This document shows positions 20,127 to 29,550 of a DNA stretch of 64,000 bases, piece by piece. Source of the stretch: Anaerolineae bacterium (GTDB lineage: Bacteria; Chloroflexota; Anaerolineae; UBA1429); the NCBI GenBank assembly GCA_963675785.1, contig OY776562.1, positions 1,856,001 through 1,920,000 of the forward strand. Reading direction: 5' to 3'. How positions within the stretch are numbered: the stretch's first letter is position 1; each line of letters begins with the position of its first letter. The notes under the pieces are model-generated. The model made no database searches. It saw nothing but the letters and a program-made list of their open reading frames with translations, and was not told the DNA's origin. The position numbers were made by a program, and so were the translations under genes.

Positions 20127-21122
20127 ATGAGAATTGAACACAACCGCCTGGGACATCTTTTGAGCACTGTGTTGCTTTGCAGCACACTGGCCGCAGGCTG
20201 CCAAACCGCTACCAGCACTCCCATGCCTACTGCCACAGCGACAGCCACATTACTGCCAACATCCACGCCGACAACTGCACCAACTAATACGCCAGCACCG
20301 ACGGCAACGCCGATGCCGACAGCCGCACCGCTGCAAATATCGATCTCGGCGCCAGCTAGCGTCCCCCAGGGCGATACCTTGGCGGTGCGCATCGAGACCA
20401 ACAAACCCGCCGAGGTGGACGGCACGCTGGGGGGAATCCCCCTCACCTTTTGGAGCAACGACGATCTGACTCATACGGCATTAGTGGGCGTTTCCGCCAT
20501 TGCTGATCTGGAAGACCTGGCGCTCTATGTGACAGCCACCGACCTCGACAACCAGGTAGTCTCTTTGAACAGCAATGTGGACATTGTGGGCGGCTCGTTC
20601 GAGAGCGAGTACCTCGAATTTGACGAGGAAACCTCAGCCCTGCTCGATTCGAGCTATACCGCGCCAGAGGCCGCTTTGCTCTCGCAGATATACGGCAGTT
20701 TCACCAGTGATAGGTATTGGGACGGCACCTTTAGTTGGCCCGTCTCTGAAGATACGCCCATTACCTCCTACTTTGGCACGCGCCGTTGGTACGGAGACGC
20801 CTTTTATTCGTACCACGCCGGCACCGATCTGGGCGCCGAAGCTGGCACACCAGTACTAGCCTGCGCCGATGGCGTCGTGGCACTTGCTGAGACCTTGTAC
20901 GTGCGCGGCAACGCCGTCATCATCGACCACGGCCAGGGTGTATTCACTGGCTATTACCACATGAGTGAGCTCGATGTAGAAGTGGGCCAAACCGTACACA
21001 CCGGTGACCAACTGGGATTGGTGGGCACAACCGGCCTCAGCACCGGCGCACACCTGCACTGGGAACTGGAAATCGGCGGCATTCCGGTCAACGTGCTCGA
21101 ATGGACCCAAACCGCATACTAG
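20127..21122 (+). CDS. M23 family metallopeptidase lipoprotein
   Basis: Lipobox LAAGC, PT-rich linker, HAGTD (HxxxD) and STGAHLHWE (HxH). Confidence 0.92.
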   Translation: MRIEHNRLGHLLSTVLLCSTLAAGCQTATSTPMPTATATATLLPTSTPTTAPTNTPAPTATPMPTAAPLQISISAPASVPQGDTLAVRIETNKPAEVDGTLGGIPLTFWSNDDLTHTALVGVSAIADLEDLALYVTATDLDNQVVSLNSNVDIVGGSFESEYLEFDEETSALLDSSYTAPEAALLSQIYGSFTSDRYWDGTFSWPVSEDTPITSYFGTRRWYGDAFYSYHAGTDLGAEAGTPVLACADGVVALAETLYVRGNAVIIDHGQGVFTGYYHMSELDVEVGQTVHTGDQLGLVGTTGLSTGAHLHWELEIGGIPVNVLEWTQTAY

Positions 21123-21138
21123 AAAGCAGGGTTGCCAG

Positions 21139-21894
21139 ATGACAAGCGTCAGAATTCCCCCTCTGGTTTTCGCTCACCGGGGCGCCCGAGATATTGCCCC
21201 AGAGAACACCTTGGCTGCTTTTCGAGCTGCTATGGATGTGCGCGCGGATGGCATCGAACTGGATGTGCAGCGTTGCGCCAGCGGCGAGATCGTGGTAATG
21301 CACGATAGCAAGGTGGATCGCTGTACTGATGGCACGGGCCTCCTGCGGCAAATGACCTGGGACGAGTTGCAGCGCCTCGACGCTGGCGGCTGGTTCAATG
21401 AGGCATTTCGGGGTGAGCGTCTACCGCTCTTTGAGCAGGTGCTTCAGCTCATCGCCGGCAAATGCCTGCTCAACGTCGAGATCAAAACCAGTAGCGTGGG
21501 CACAGATGGCATCGAGGGCGAGGTCGTTCGCCTTTTGCGCGAATACGCCATGGAAAACTCGACCATCATCTCCTCCTTTAACCCTTTTGCCCTGATTCGC
21601 TGCAAGCATCTGGCGCCGGATATCCCCAGGGGTATCCTGTATAGTGGTGATCTAGCCGTACCCCTGCGCAATCTCTGGCTCAAGGGGCGCATCGCACCGC
21701 AAGCGCTGCATCCCCAATATGACCTGGTCGATAGCGAATATATGGACAAGGCCAAAGGTGAAGGACTCGAGGTCAACGTCTGGACGGTGGACGAGATCGA
21801 GGACATGAAACGCATGGCGCAGCTTGGCGTACACAGCATTATCACCGACCATCCGGGGTTGCTGGTAGAGAAACTGGCCGCTGAAGCGTTCTAG
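21139..21894 (+). CDS. Glycerophosphodiester phosphodiesterase
   Basis: FAHRGA...PENTLAAF, IELDV, VMHD..VDRCTDG, LNVEIK, WTVD and IITDHP. Confidence 0.93.
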   Translation: MTSVRIPPLVFAHRGARDIAPENTLAAFRAAMDVRADGIELDVQRCASGEIVVMHDSKVDRCTDGTGLLRQMTWDELQRLDAGGWFNEAFRGERLPLFEQVLQLIAGKCLLNVEIKTSSVGTDGIEGEVVRLLREYAMENSTIISSFNPFALIRCKHLAPDIPRGILYSGDLAVPLRNLWLKGRIAPQALHPQYDLVDSEYMDKAKGEGLEVNVWTVDEIEDMKRMAQLGVHSIITDHPGLLVEKLAAEAF

Positions 21895-21900
21895 GAGGGG

Positions 21901-22437
21901 ATGATGTCTACTCAGGATCACCCGCTGGTTGCACTAGCCCGCGAGACCATTGAGAACCACGTCCGCACGGGCAAGACTATTGCAGCACCTAAAGAATTGA
22001 CTGAGGAAATGAAGCTGCGTCGGGGGGTGTTTGTCTCGTTACACCGCCCCGACGGCGTTTTGCGCGGCTGCATTGGCACTATCGAGCCGATGCGGGTTAA
22101 CGTCGCCGAGGAGATCATCTACAACGCCATCAGCGCCGCCGAGCATGATCCGCGCTTTTCGCCGCTCAGGCCGGAGGAGCTGGAGGGGCTGGATGTCTCG
22201 GTAGATGTGCTCACCGAGCCCGAGGCCATCAGCTCCTTTGACGAGCTGGACCCGCGCGTTTACGGCGTCATCGTGCAGCACGGCCATAAGCGGGGACTGT
22301 TGCTGCCCGACCTAGAGGGCGTCGATACGGTCGAGCAGCAAGTGAGTATCGCCCTACAAAAAGCATGGTTATCACCGCGCGACTCTTATGAGATGTATCG
22401 TTTCCGCGTGGTGCGTTACCACAAACTCGAGGGCTAG
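21901..22437 (+). CDS. amrA: AmmeMemoRadiSam system protein A (AMMECR1 domain)
   Basis: GVFVSLH, LRGCIGT, DPRFSP and GLLLPDL motifs. Confidence 0.88.
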   Translation: MMSTQDHPLVALARETIENHVRTGKTIAAPKELTEEMKLRRGVFVSLHRPDGVLRGCIGTIEPMRVNVAEEIIYNAISAAEHDPRFSPLRPEELEGLDVSVDVLTEPEAISSFDELDPRVYGVIVQHGHKRGLLLPDLEGVDTVEQQVSIALQKAWLSPRDSYEMYRFRVVRYHKLEG

Positions 22438-23061
22438 CTAAGGGGCAGGCTCCATGATGACTACCTCGGCGGTCTCCCCCACCAATTCTTGAAAGCGCGT
22501 AGCGGTGCGGCGCGTACCAATGATGCCGCCCCAGTGCATGGGCACCACGACCTCTGGCTTTATGCGACGCACTGCCCTGGCGGCGTCTTTTTCATCCATG
22601 GTAAACTTGCCCCCTATGGGCAGCAGCGCCACATCGCAAGTGATGGAATCCATCTCGGGAATCAGGTCCGTATCCCCGGCGTGATAGATGCGCCGGTCTC
22701 CCATATCGACGATATAGCCTACATGCTGGTCATCCCGTGAATGAAAGGGCTTGCCGATATTGTACGCTGGCACTACCTCAAGCGTCACACCACTGCCCAA
22801 ATCCAAGCGATCCCCCGGTTTAATTGTGGTCACCTGGCCGGTCTCGAACTTGTCCGCACAATCCTCCGTACAAATGATGCGCGTCTTGTCAGTCGCCAGT
22901 TTGGCCACGTCCCCAGGAGAACAATGATCGTGATGCCCGTGGGTAATGAGAATCACATCCGCTGGCGCAAAGGTTTCGAGCTTCCAGGGATCGAAATAGA
23001 TGCGTAGCTTGTCATCAAGGCGAAAACTGGCATGTCCCAGCCAGGTCAATCCCTCTAGCAT
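22438..23061 (-). CDS. MBL-fold metallo-hydrolase (UlaG/UPF0173-like)
   Basis: WLGHASF, THGHHDH, YHAGDT, LPIGG and PMHWG. Confidence 0.9.
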   Translation of the reverse strand: MLEGLTWLGHASFRLDDKLRIYFDPWKLETFAPADVILITHGHHDHCSPGDVAKLATDKTRIICTEDCADKFETGQVTTIKPGDRLDLGSGVTLEVVPAYNIGKPFHSRDDQHVGYIVDMGDRRIYHAGDTDLIPEMDSITCDVALLPIGGKFTMDEKDAARAVRRIKPEVVVPMHWGGIIGTRRTATRFQELVGETAEVVIMEPAP

Positions 23062-23125
23062 GGTTCACCTCCATCAATAGATAAGCTGCTTGTATGATAA
23101 AGCCACCCGCCTTGGGGCGCAAAGA

Positions 23126-25822
23126 TTAACCAAAAGCAGCGAAACCATCCAGTACCAGTTCTCGCATCAACCCCAGCACCCGATGCGCTGTCCTGGGAGA
23201 AAACCATTCCTCTATCTGCATTCCCTCGATAGCCTTCAAAGGATCAGGTGTGGATAAAGGATTCTCGGGCTGTCTACCATCACCAGCACACCACTGGAGC
23301 AAAGCAGACAAGGGAACTTCTAGAGCCTGACGCGAGCCATGAAACCGAGGCAGAACCTTCATCAGCACTGCTTGGTCAAAAGCTGCTTGATCGCCTCCCA
23401 ACGAATCGTAAATGCCGCTCCCATGAGCTGTCTGTACATAGCAAGCGATCTCGTCAAAGATACGATAGCCCACGTGCATCTTGTGTGGCTGTAATGTAAC
23501 GTTCAAAGCGAGTAGCCGTTCGCGCAGCCAGGGGATGCGCTCCAAACACTCAGCGACCTGTTGCTTACTGTTGTGCTGGAATTTGTTATCTCCCACCAAG
23601 ATATTGAGCAAAGCCTCGGAGCGCTCCAAGGTTCCCTCTGTAGCCGCACTAGGCACATAACTCGCAAAATCGACATCATTCAATTCTAGGGTAAAGGCAC
23701 GATCTAGCACCTTGGGGCTAAAAGAATAAGTCGTTTCATCGACATTGACTGTACCCACAATGTAGAAATTAGGGGGTAGATACAGCTCTTGTGGTGGCAA
23801 GTCCCCCCTAGCGTCTAGAGGCAAATTGAGGCGAAGAGGTTCTTTGGTAAAGCCATCTTGGCTGCGCCCTGATTCTAGAACGCTGAGCAAATCGGAGAAA
23901 TAGTATTCCACCCGAGCTAGATTCATCTCATCGAGGATAACGAACCAGGCCGTCTTTTCACCACGTTTGTAGCTTTCCGTAGCTCGCAATACAAAACGCA
24001 AAAAATCTGTCCACATATAGGTACCGGTAAGGGGGTTATAGTACCCCAGCAGGCTCTTGCTGTCGCGCCAATCAGTGCGCACCGATTCGAATAATGAATT
24101 AGGGATTTCTTCAGCATGGCCACTCGAACGCAAGGTAGCCTCTTTTTCTGTGAGGATGGTAATTTCCTTTAATTCGCCTCCGTCGTCAATGGTGAAATCC
24201 AGATAGGCTTTATCCCCAGCTCGAAACGCGTCCTTAAATCCAAGAGCACAATCTTCGCTGAGATTGAGACATAAACTAGATGAATTCGGATAAACATAGT
24301 GCGAAAGCAAACAAGGGGTAGAGTATTCACCACAATGAGTAGGAAAACGCTTCTTCTCTTCCATTTGAAGAAATGGAAAGCGCTCTAGAAAGCCTAGAGG
24401 TAAATCTATTTGCTTATTTGTAAGCATAGAAGGCCGAATAACAACGCTCGGAAGTGAATCATCGACCACCGTGATGACCGACTGGGGTAACATATCGGCC
24501 AAGGTTTGGGCGAGTTTGGTTTTGCCAGTACCAGAGATACCGGATAGGATGACGAATCCTTTGGTTTGCAGTGCAGTAAAGTAGGCGGCTAATTGCTCAT
24601 CCGTATAGTGCAAGTTGCGTGAAGCAGTACCTTCTTGCAAACAAGCCAATAAATTCCAAGAATCTTCTTGCTCCACTGTCGTTTCTGGAAAAACAGGGGA
24701 AGGCAACTCACGATCAAGAACTCTACGCATATATGATAAAACGCCCGGAGAATGAGATGAGCGCCAAGTGGAAATACTTCCCCACGCACACCATTCCTCA
24801 ATTATCGATTTATATTGGGTGAGCAAAAGCGGAAGGAAGGCTGTTGCACTACCCACAAAGATATCTGATGAAATCCATAGTAAGCGAGCTTGAGGGAATC
24901 TTTTGTAGGGCTCCCCAAGTTCTCCCTTTTCTATGACATCGTTCCAAAAAGCGAGAGAATCTCCTGATAGCTCGGGGTTATCGATAACCAACATTCCTAG
25001 TTTGTTTGCTTTAATTATGGCGACATAGCCTAAACCAATATTCAAAGTAAGTCCATTATCATGCAGAACAATACTCCAAGAAGCCTTTGCGCAATGATGG
25101 GCCAAATCAATGCATTCAGCCATAAAACCAAGAAACTGGTCACGTATAGCGGCATCTGGTAACAACTTTTCTATTACATCTCTGGCACTTGTTTCTTGTG
25201 CTCTCCATGCTTCTAATTCATTAGATTCATCAATATTTATCTTTGAGTAAGTGGGATCAGGCAAATCACGATCTAGATAATCGCGCATGTATAGCAAAAC
25301 CCCTACTGAATGAGCTTGTTTATAAGGAGAACTACCCGAAGACTTCCAAATAACAGGAAATATGTTTCCGTACTGTCGTAGCAAGAATGGCAGTAATTTT
25401 GGAAACATTGTTAGAAAGCTCTCAAAAGAAAACTGATATAGACGTGCTGAAGCAATAGTCTTGAATGGCTCTGAGGCACTTCCTTTTTCCAAGACCTCTC
25501 TCCACCAACTCTTTTCTTCCTCGCTGGATTCCAGAGTATCAGGAATAATGAACTCTATTATATTCGACTTAATCATTAGAATGCGGTATAGCCCAAAATT
25601 CATCGAAAATTCCGACTTTTTTAGCGTAATCTCCCACGCCCCAGGCGCATGATCATGCGCTAATTCGATACAATCGGCCATAAAGGTCAGAAACTGCCGC
25701 CGCAAGCCCTCCTCGGGCAAAAGCTTTTCGATCACCTCACGGGCGTAAGCGACGTCAGTACGGCGCTCTGACAGCGTATCCGCATCCTCCAGTTCGTCTA
25801 AAAAGACCTGATCGTCGCTCAT
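23126..25822 (-). CDS. McrB-family AAA+ GTPase (restriction/defence) with duplicated N-terminal domain
   Basis: Walker A GISGTGKT, VRTDWRD..LLGYYN, Walker B ILDEMNLARVEYYFSDLLSVLES, McrB signature GTVNVDETT..FSPKVLDRA; start ATG 25822 overlaps the upstream stop (ATGA). Confidence 0.88.
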   Translation of the reverse strand: MSDDQVFLDELEDADTLSERRTDVAYAREVIEKLLPEEGLRRQFLTFMADCIELAHDHAPGAWEITLKKSEFSMNFGLYRILMIKSNIIEFIIPDTLESSEEEKSWWREVLEKGSASEPFKTIASARLYQFSFESFLTMFPKLLPFLLRQYGNIFPVIWKSSGSSPYKQAHSVGVLLYMRDYLDRDLPDPTYSKINIDESNELEAWRAQETSARDVIEKLLPDAAIRDQFLGFMAECIDLAHHCAKASWSIVLHDNGLTLNIGLGYVAIIKANKLGMLVIDNPELSGDSLAFWNDVIEKGELGEPYKRFPQARLLWISSDIFVGSATAFLPLLLTQYKSIIEEWCAWGSISTWRSSHSPGVLSYMRRVLDRELPSPVFPETTVEQEDSWNLLACLQEGTASRNLHYTDEQLAAYFTALQTKGFVILSGISGTGKTKLAQTLADMLPQSVITVVDDSLPSVVIRPSMLTNKQIDLPLGFLERFPFLQMEEKKRFPTHCGEYSTPCLLSHYVYPNSSSLCLNLSEDCALGFKDAFRAGDKAYLDFTIDDGGELKEITILTEKEATLRSSGHAEEIPNSLFESVRTDWRDSKSLLGYYNPLTGTYMWTDFLRFVLRATESYKRGEKTAWFVILDEMNLARVEYYFSDLLSVLESGRSQDGFTKEPLRLNLPLDARGDLPPQELYLPPNFYIVGTVNVDETTYSFSPKVLDRAFTLELNDVDFASYVPSAATEGTLERSEALLNILVGDNKFQHNSKQQVAECLERIPWLRERLLALNVTLQPHKMHVGYRIFDEIACYVQTAHGSGIYDSLGGDQAAFDQAVLMKVLPRFHGSRQALEVPLSALLQWCAGDGRQPENPLSTPDPLKAIEGMQIEEWFSPRTAHRVLGLMRELVLDGFAAFG
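24689..25744 (-). repeat. Tandem duplication of a ~166-aa domain within McrB (units 25744-25247 and 25186-24689)
   Basis: AREVIEKLLP..FMADCIELAH..W.I.L...HSVGVLLYMRDYLDRDLPDPTY versus ARDVIEKLLP..FMAECIDLAH..W.I.L...HSPGVLSYMRRVLDRELPSPVF; both units span 498 nt. Confidence 0.9.
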
Positions 25823-27429
25823 TCCTTTTCCTCCACACGCATCGGTAGCGCCCCTACCCCAGCGATATTGCCAAACAACACGTTTTCCAGGCCTAGCGCA
25901 TACTCGGCGCCATCCGTACCGTAAAAACAAGCCGAGTCGCCCGGATAGAGGGCCACGGCAGCACGCAGTTTAAGCGCATCACGGTACGTGTGCATCTTGT
26001 ATAGGTCGGCATGTTTAGCCGCCGTCCTTTCGTTATCGGGCTGATCGAGACTAGCCAGACGATCCAGGCGAAACTTGGCATCGAGTGCCACGTCGCGATG
26101 ACCCTGGCGGTGCCAGGTGTAATCTGGCCGCAACAGCACCGAGTAACTGTTGGGCCGCGCAAAGCCACGGTTGTATTCGAGTACGCCACAATCCGCAAAA
26201 ACAGCACGCGCCCCATGTTCCAATCCGGTCTCATCCGAAAGAATCAACGTTAGTTTAGGATCAAAACCGCTTATAGCTTTGATGCGATCAATGAGCCAGT
26301 AGAAACCCCACACCTCGTAAAGCGTAGCCACATCGCGCAAAGAGATAGCCTGTTCGATACGATCATAGAGGGGATGACGCGAGAGATGGAACAAGCGCCA
26401 GAGCTGTAGCAATTCGCGGTAACCGTCCCGACGGAGTAAAACTTGGGAGCGAAACGGCAACAAGCGCATAGGGCCAACATCCGCAAAGGCTGGATTCTTG
26501 GTCCAACCCTGTAGATAGACGCGAAGCATATCGAGAGACTGGCGATCACCCTCTCCCAACCTGGGCCACCAACGCTGAGCCTGCAAATCGAACAACACTT
26601 GTTCGAGCGCTTTTACGAAATAGACTACAAAGCGGTTTTCGGGATTATCGCAGGTCTCGTACGGACAACGTTGCCAAACATGCGAAGGGACATAACGTCG
26701 CCCTTGGCGGTCAGAGAGACCAGTGTTCAAACGAGTAGATATCCATCGCTGCGGAGACTGAAGCACATCTAGCAGTACATCCGCATCCAACTCTGCAGCA
26801 GCCCCCGTCTCTATCAAACGGGAATCATCGGTCAAAGTGCGATACGTCGCACGTTGGATAACCTGAAGCGCCTCTATTAGCGCCTGAGCATAGGTGCGCA
26901 AGAAATAAAGCACAAACAAACGCGAGGGTATACGTAGACTTTCAGAGGTAGCCAGCATGGTGGTTGCTGAAGGAGCAAAGGGTAATCGTGCTGCACGTTC
27001 GTAAAGATCATCGATGAGGCTTTGAGAAAAAGCCAGATGCTCACGTGCATCGGCGTGTTTGTTCGAGATGATCAGCAGACACAAAGAGTTGGCATCCCGA
27101 TGTCCCTCGTACTCGGCTTTTATATGAGCCAGGCCAACTTGGTTTTCGAAACACAAGCGGAAAATGTTACCTTTAACCGGGGTAAGGCGTTGTCCAGAAA
27201 GCCAAAGAGCTTTTATGCCTGGGCAATCGATATAGTACTCATGCCATTCGCGAATCCAGGCCGATACCGGTGGAATCTCTAGTGGCACACAGGTTGCCTT
27301 AACCCAGCCAAGGCGGCTATGTTCTGTATCGAGCTGAGCAAGGAAATCAGTACACCAACTAGACGCGTTCTGTTGAAGAGCGCATTCTACCACGTTCGCA
27401 ATATGAGTGTCCGTTTGTGTCGTCTCCAT
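25819..27429 (-). CDS. McrC-like DUF2357 / PD-(D/E)XK nuclease
   Basis: ETCDNPENRFV, LYEVWGF, catalytic LRPDY...LDAKFR, DLYKMHTYRDAL and ALYPG. Confidence 0.88.
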   Translation of the reverse strand: METTQTDTHIANVVECALQQNASSWCTDFLAQLDTEHSRLGWVKATCVPLEIPPVSAWIREWHEYYIDCPGIKALWLSGQRLTPVKGNIFRLCFENQVGLAHIKAEYEGHRDANSLCLLIISNKHADAREHLAFSQSLIDDLYERAARLPFAPSATTMLATSESLRIPSRLFVLYFLRTYAQALIEALQVIQRATYRTLTDDSRLIETGAAAELDADVLLDVLQSPQRWISTRLNTGLSDRQGRRYVPSHVWQRCPYETCDNPENRFVVYFVKALEQVLFDLQAQRWWPRLGEGDRQSLDMLRVYLQGWTKNPAFADVGPMRLLPFRSQVLLRRDGYRELLQLWRLFHLSRHPLYDRIEQAISLRDVATLYEVWGFYWLIDRIKAISGFDPKLTLILSDETGLEHGARAVFADCGVLEYNRGFARPNSYSVLLRPDYTWHRQGHRDVALDAKFRLDRLASLDQPDNERTAAKHADLYKMHTYRDALKLRAAVALYPGDSACFYGTDGAEYALGLENVLFGNIAGVGALPMRVEEKE

Positions 27430-27485
27430 TGCAGTATAGCTTATCCCGTAAAACAGATAGCGTCAACGCAACTACTCTCAAACCT

Positions 27486-27515
27486 TTGCATCCGCACCTC
27501 ACGCCGTGCTATACT
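27486..27515 (+). promoter_or_regulatory. Putative extended -10 promoter for etfBA
   Basis: TTGCAT-N18-TATACT with TGn immediately before the -10. Confidence 0.5.
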
Positions 27516-27549
27516 CGCCGACAGCAGTTTGGAAAGTGAAAGGCCCTGT

Positions 27550-28347
27550 ATGCACGCCATTGTATGCATCAAATCGGTACCCGATACCACCCAGGTTAGT
27601 TTTGACCCCGAGACCAACACGCTGGTGCGAGCCGGTGTAGCTTCGACCATCAATCCCTTTGATACCTACGCCATCGAGGAAGCGCTGCGCATGCGCGAGG
27701 CTCACGGCGGCACGGTGACGGTGATCAGCATGGGGCCGCCCCAGGCCGAGAACGAGTTGCGCGAGGCTCTGGCCATGGGTTGCGACCGCGCCATTCTGTT
27801 GTGCTCTCGTGATTTTGCCGGCAGCGATACCTGGGCCACGGCCTATACGCTGTCGCGGGCCATACGCGCACTGCCCCCGGCCGATGTGGTGCTGTGCGGC
27901 AAGCAGGCCATCGACGGCGACACCGGCCAGGTAGGGCCGGGTATCGCCAACCAGTTGGGCCTGCCCCAGCTCACCTATGTGTTCCGCATTCAGGCGATGG
28001 ATTTCGAGGCGGGCACCATTCGCGTGCAGCGCATTGTGGAAGAGGGGCTGGAGGTGGATGAGACCCGGTTGCCCGCCCTGCTCACCGTGGTCAAGGACAT
28101 CAACACGCCGCGTTACCCCACATTGCGCAACATTCGGCACGCCCGAAGGGCCGAGATCGAGACCTGGACGCCCTGCGATCTGCCCGAGTGCAGCGAATCC
28201 TGCCTGGGATTGACGGGTTCGCCCACCCAAGTGGTCAAGGTGTTTGCGCCGCCCCAACGCAGCGAGCAAGCCGTGTTGATTGAGGGCGAGCCTCAAGAAG
28301 CAGCGGCAACCCTGATTCGTATTCTGCGCGAGCGGCAGCTCATTTAG
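27550..28347 (+). CDS. etfB: Electron transfer flavoprotein beta subunit (FixA family)
   Basis: IVCIKSVPDT, INPFDTYAIEEAL, FAGSDTWAT, GKQAIDGDTGQVG and GLTGSPTQV. Confidence 0.93.
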   Translation: MHAIVCIKSVPDTTQVSFDPETNTLVRAGVASTINPFDTYAIEEALRMREAHGGTVTVISMGPPQAENELREALAMGCDRAILLCSRDFAGSDTWATAYTLSRAIRALPPADVVLCGKQAIDGDTGQVGPGIANQLGLPQLTYVFRIQAMDFEAGTIRVQRIVEEGLEVDETRLPALLTVVKDINTPRYPTLRNIRHARRAEIETWTPCDLPECSESCLGLTGSPTQVVKVFAPPQRSEQAVLIEGEPQEAAATLIRILRERQLI

Positions 28348-28356
28348 GAGATAGCG

Positions 28357-29550
28357 ATGGCCCTCTTGATCATAGATCGTGAAACGTGTATTGGCTGCGG
28401 CGCTTGCGCGGCAGTGTGCCCTTTTGGGGCGCTAGAGATCGCAGATGGCCTTGCCGAGGTGAACGAGGCCTGCACGGCCTGCGGCGCCTGCCTTGGCGAA
28501 TGCCCGGTGGAGGCGCTTTCATTGCCACGGGCCGCTGCTGCTGCCGATATCGCCAGTGCCAGCGGCGTGTGGGTCTGGATCGAGCAGCACCAGGGCGCGG
28601 GTGCCGAGATCTCCTGGGAGATTCTGGGCGAAGGACGACGACTGGCCGATTCCGCCAACGTCGAACTGACGGCCCTGGTGTTCGGACACAACGTCGCAGC
28701 GGTAGCTGAGGAAGCCATTGCCTATGGTGCCGACCGCGTGCTGCTGGCCGATGACCCGCAACTGGCAATGTTCCGTACCGAGCCCTATGCCCGCGTGCTC
28801 AACGGCCTGGTGCGTGAATACCAGCCGGCTATTCTGTTGATGGGCGCCGATGCCCGCGGACGCGACCTGGCCAGCGCCGCCGCCACCGAGCTGCACACGG
28901 GTCTCACCGCTGACTGCACCTCGTTGCGTATCAACGCCGAGAGTGGCCTGCTGGAGCAGACCCGCCCGGCCTATGGCGGCAATATCATGGCCACCATCAT
29001 TACGCCTAACCACCGCCCACAGATGGCCACCGTGCGTCACCACGTGTTTGCGGTGCCCCCACGCGATGCCAACCGCCGTGGCGAAATCATCCCTGTTACA
29101 GTTGCCATCAGTCCCGCCGACCTGCTGACCCGTGTGCTGGAGCTGATCCCGGTAGAGCAAGACGCTAACATCTCGGATGCGCGCATTATTGTGGCGGGCG
29201 GAGCAGGCGCAGGTGGCGCCGATGGTTTTGTCCCCATTCGTGAGCTGGCCGCTGCCCTGGGCGGCGCCGTGGGCGCCTCGCGCTATGCGGTCGATCAGGG
29301 ATGGATTCCCTACGAGCATCAGGTGGGGCAGACCGGACGCACCGTTCGGCCCGATCTTTACATCGCCTGCGGCATCTCGGGGGCCATTCAGCACCTGGCC
29401 GGCATGTCTACTGCTGGCACCATTGTGGCCATCAACACCGACCCGCAAGCGCCCATCTTTCGTGCCGCCCATTTCGGCATTGTGGGCGATATGCACGAGA
29501 TTCTGCCCGAGCTGACCCGAGCTGTGTTGGCCATGGACAAGCACAAATGA
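28357..29550 (+). CDS. etfA: Electron transfer flavoprotein alpha subunit with N-terminal 2x[4Fe-4S] domain
   Basis: CIGCGACAAVCP / CTACGACLGECP; GLTADCT, TRPAYGGN, QVGQTG and GISGAIQHLAGM. Confidence 0.93.
   Translation: MALLIIDRETCIGCGACAAVCPFGALEIADGLAEVNEACTACGACLGECPVEALSLPRAAAAADIASASGVWVWIEQHQGAGAEISWEILGEGRRLADSANVELTALVFGHNVAAVAEEAIAYGADRVLLADDPQLAMFRTEPYARVLNGLVREYQPAILLMGADARGRDLASAAATELHTGLTADCTSLRINAESGLLEQTRPAYGGNIMATIITPNHRPQMATVRHHVFAVPPRDANRRGEIIPVTVAISPADLLTRVLELIPVEQDANISDARIIVAGGAGAGGADGFVPIRELAAALGGAVGASRYAVDQGWIPYEHQVGQTGRTVRPDLYIACGISGAIQHLAGMSTAGTIVAINTDPQAPIFRAAHFGIVGDMHEILPELTRAVLAMDKHK

Noticed and set aside
20210-20330. Quasi-repetitive acNccN/gcNacN DNA (also near 34790-34890 and 46360-46430)
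   Set aside because: These encode Pro/Thr/Ala-rich protein linkers, not CRISPR or VNTR arrays; there are no identical repeats with spacers.
24100-24480. Possible intein in McrB near Walker A
   Set aside because: No Cys/Ser N-terminal and His-Asn C-terminal splice motifs or LAGLIDADG blocks; treated as a domain insertion instead.
25823-25930. N-terminal 36 aa of the 934-aa ORF call (and similar upstream extensions at 11917, 17745, 21004, 27319, 29301, 35191, 59272, 61187 and 62397)
   Set aside because: The extensions overlap neighbouring genes or promoters; downstream starts have better RBS or coupling, so coordinates were adjusted.
27499-29544. Long minus-strand ORFs (265 and 341 aa) opposite etfBA
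   Set aside because: Antisense shadows typical of GC-rich coding DNA; the etf genes are unambiguous.
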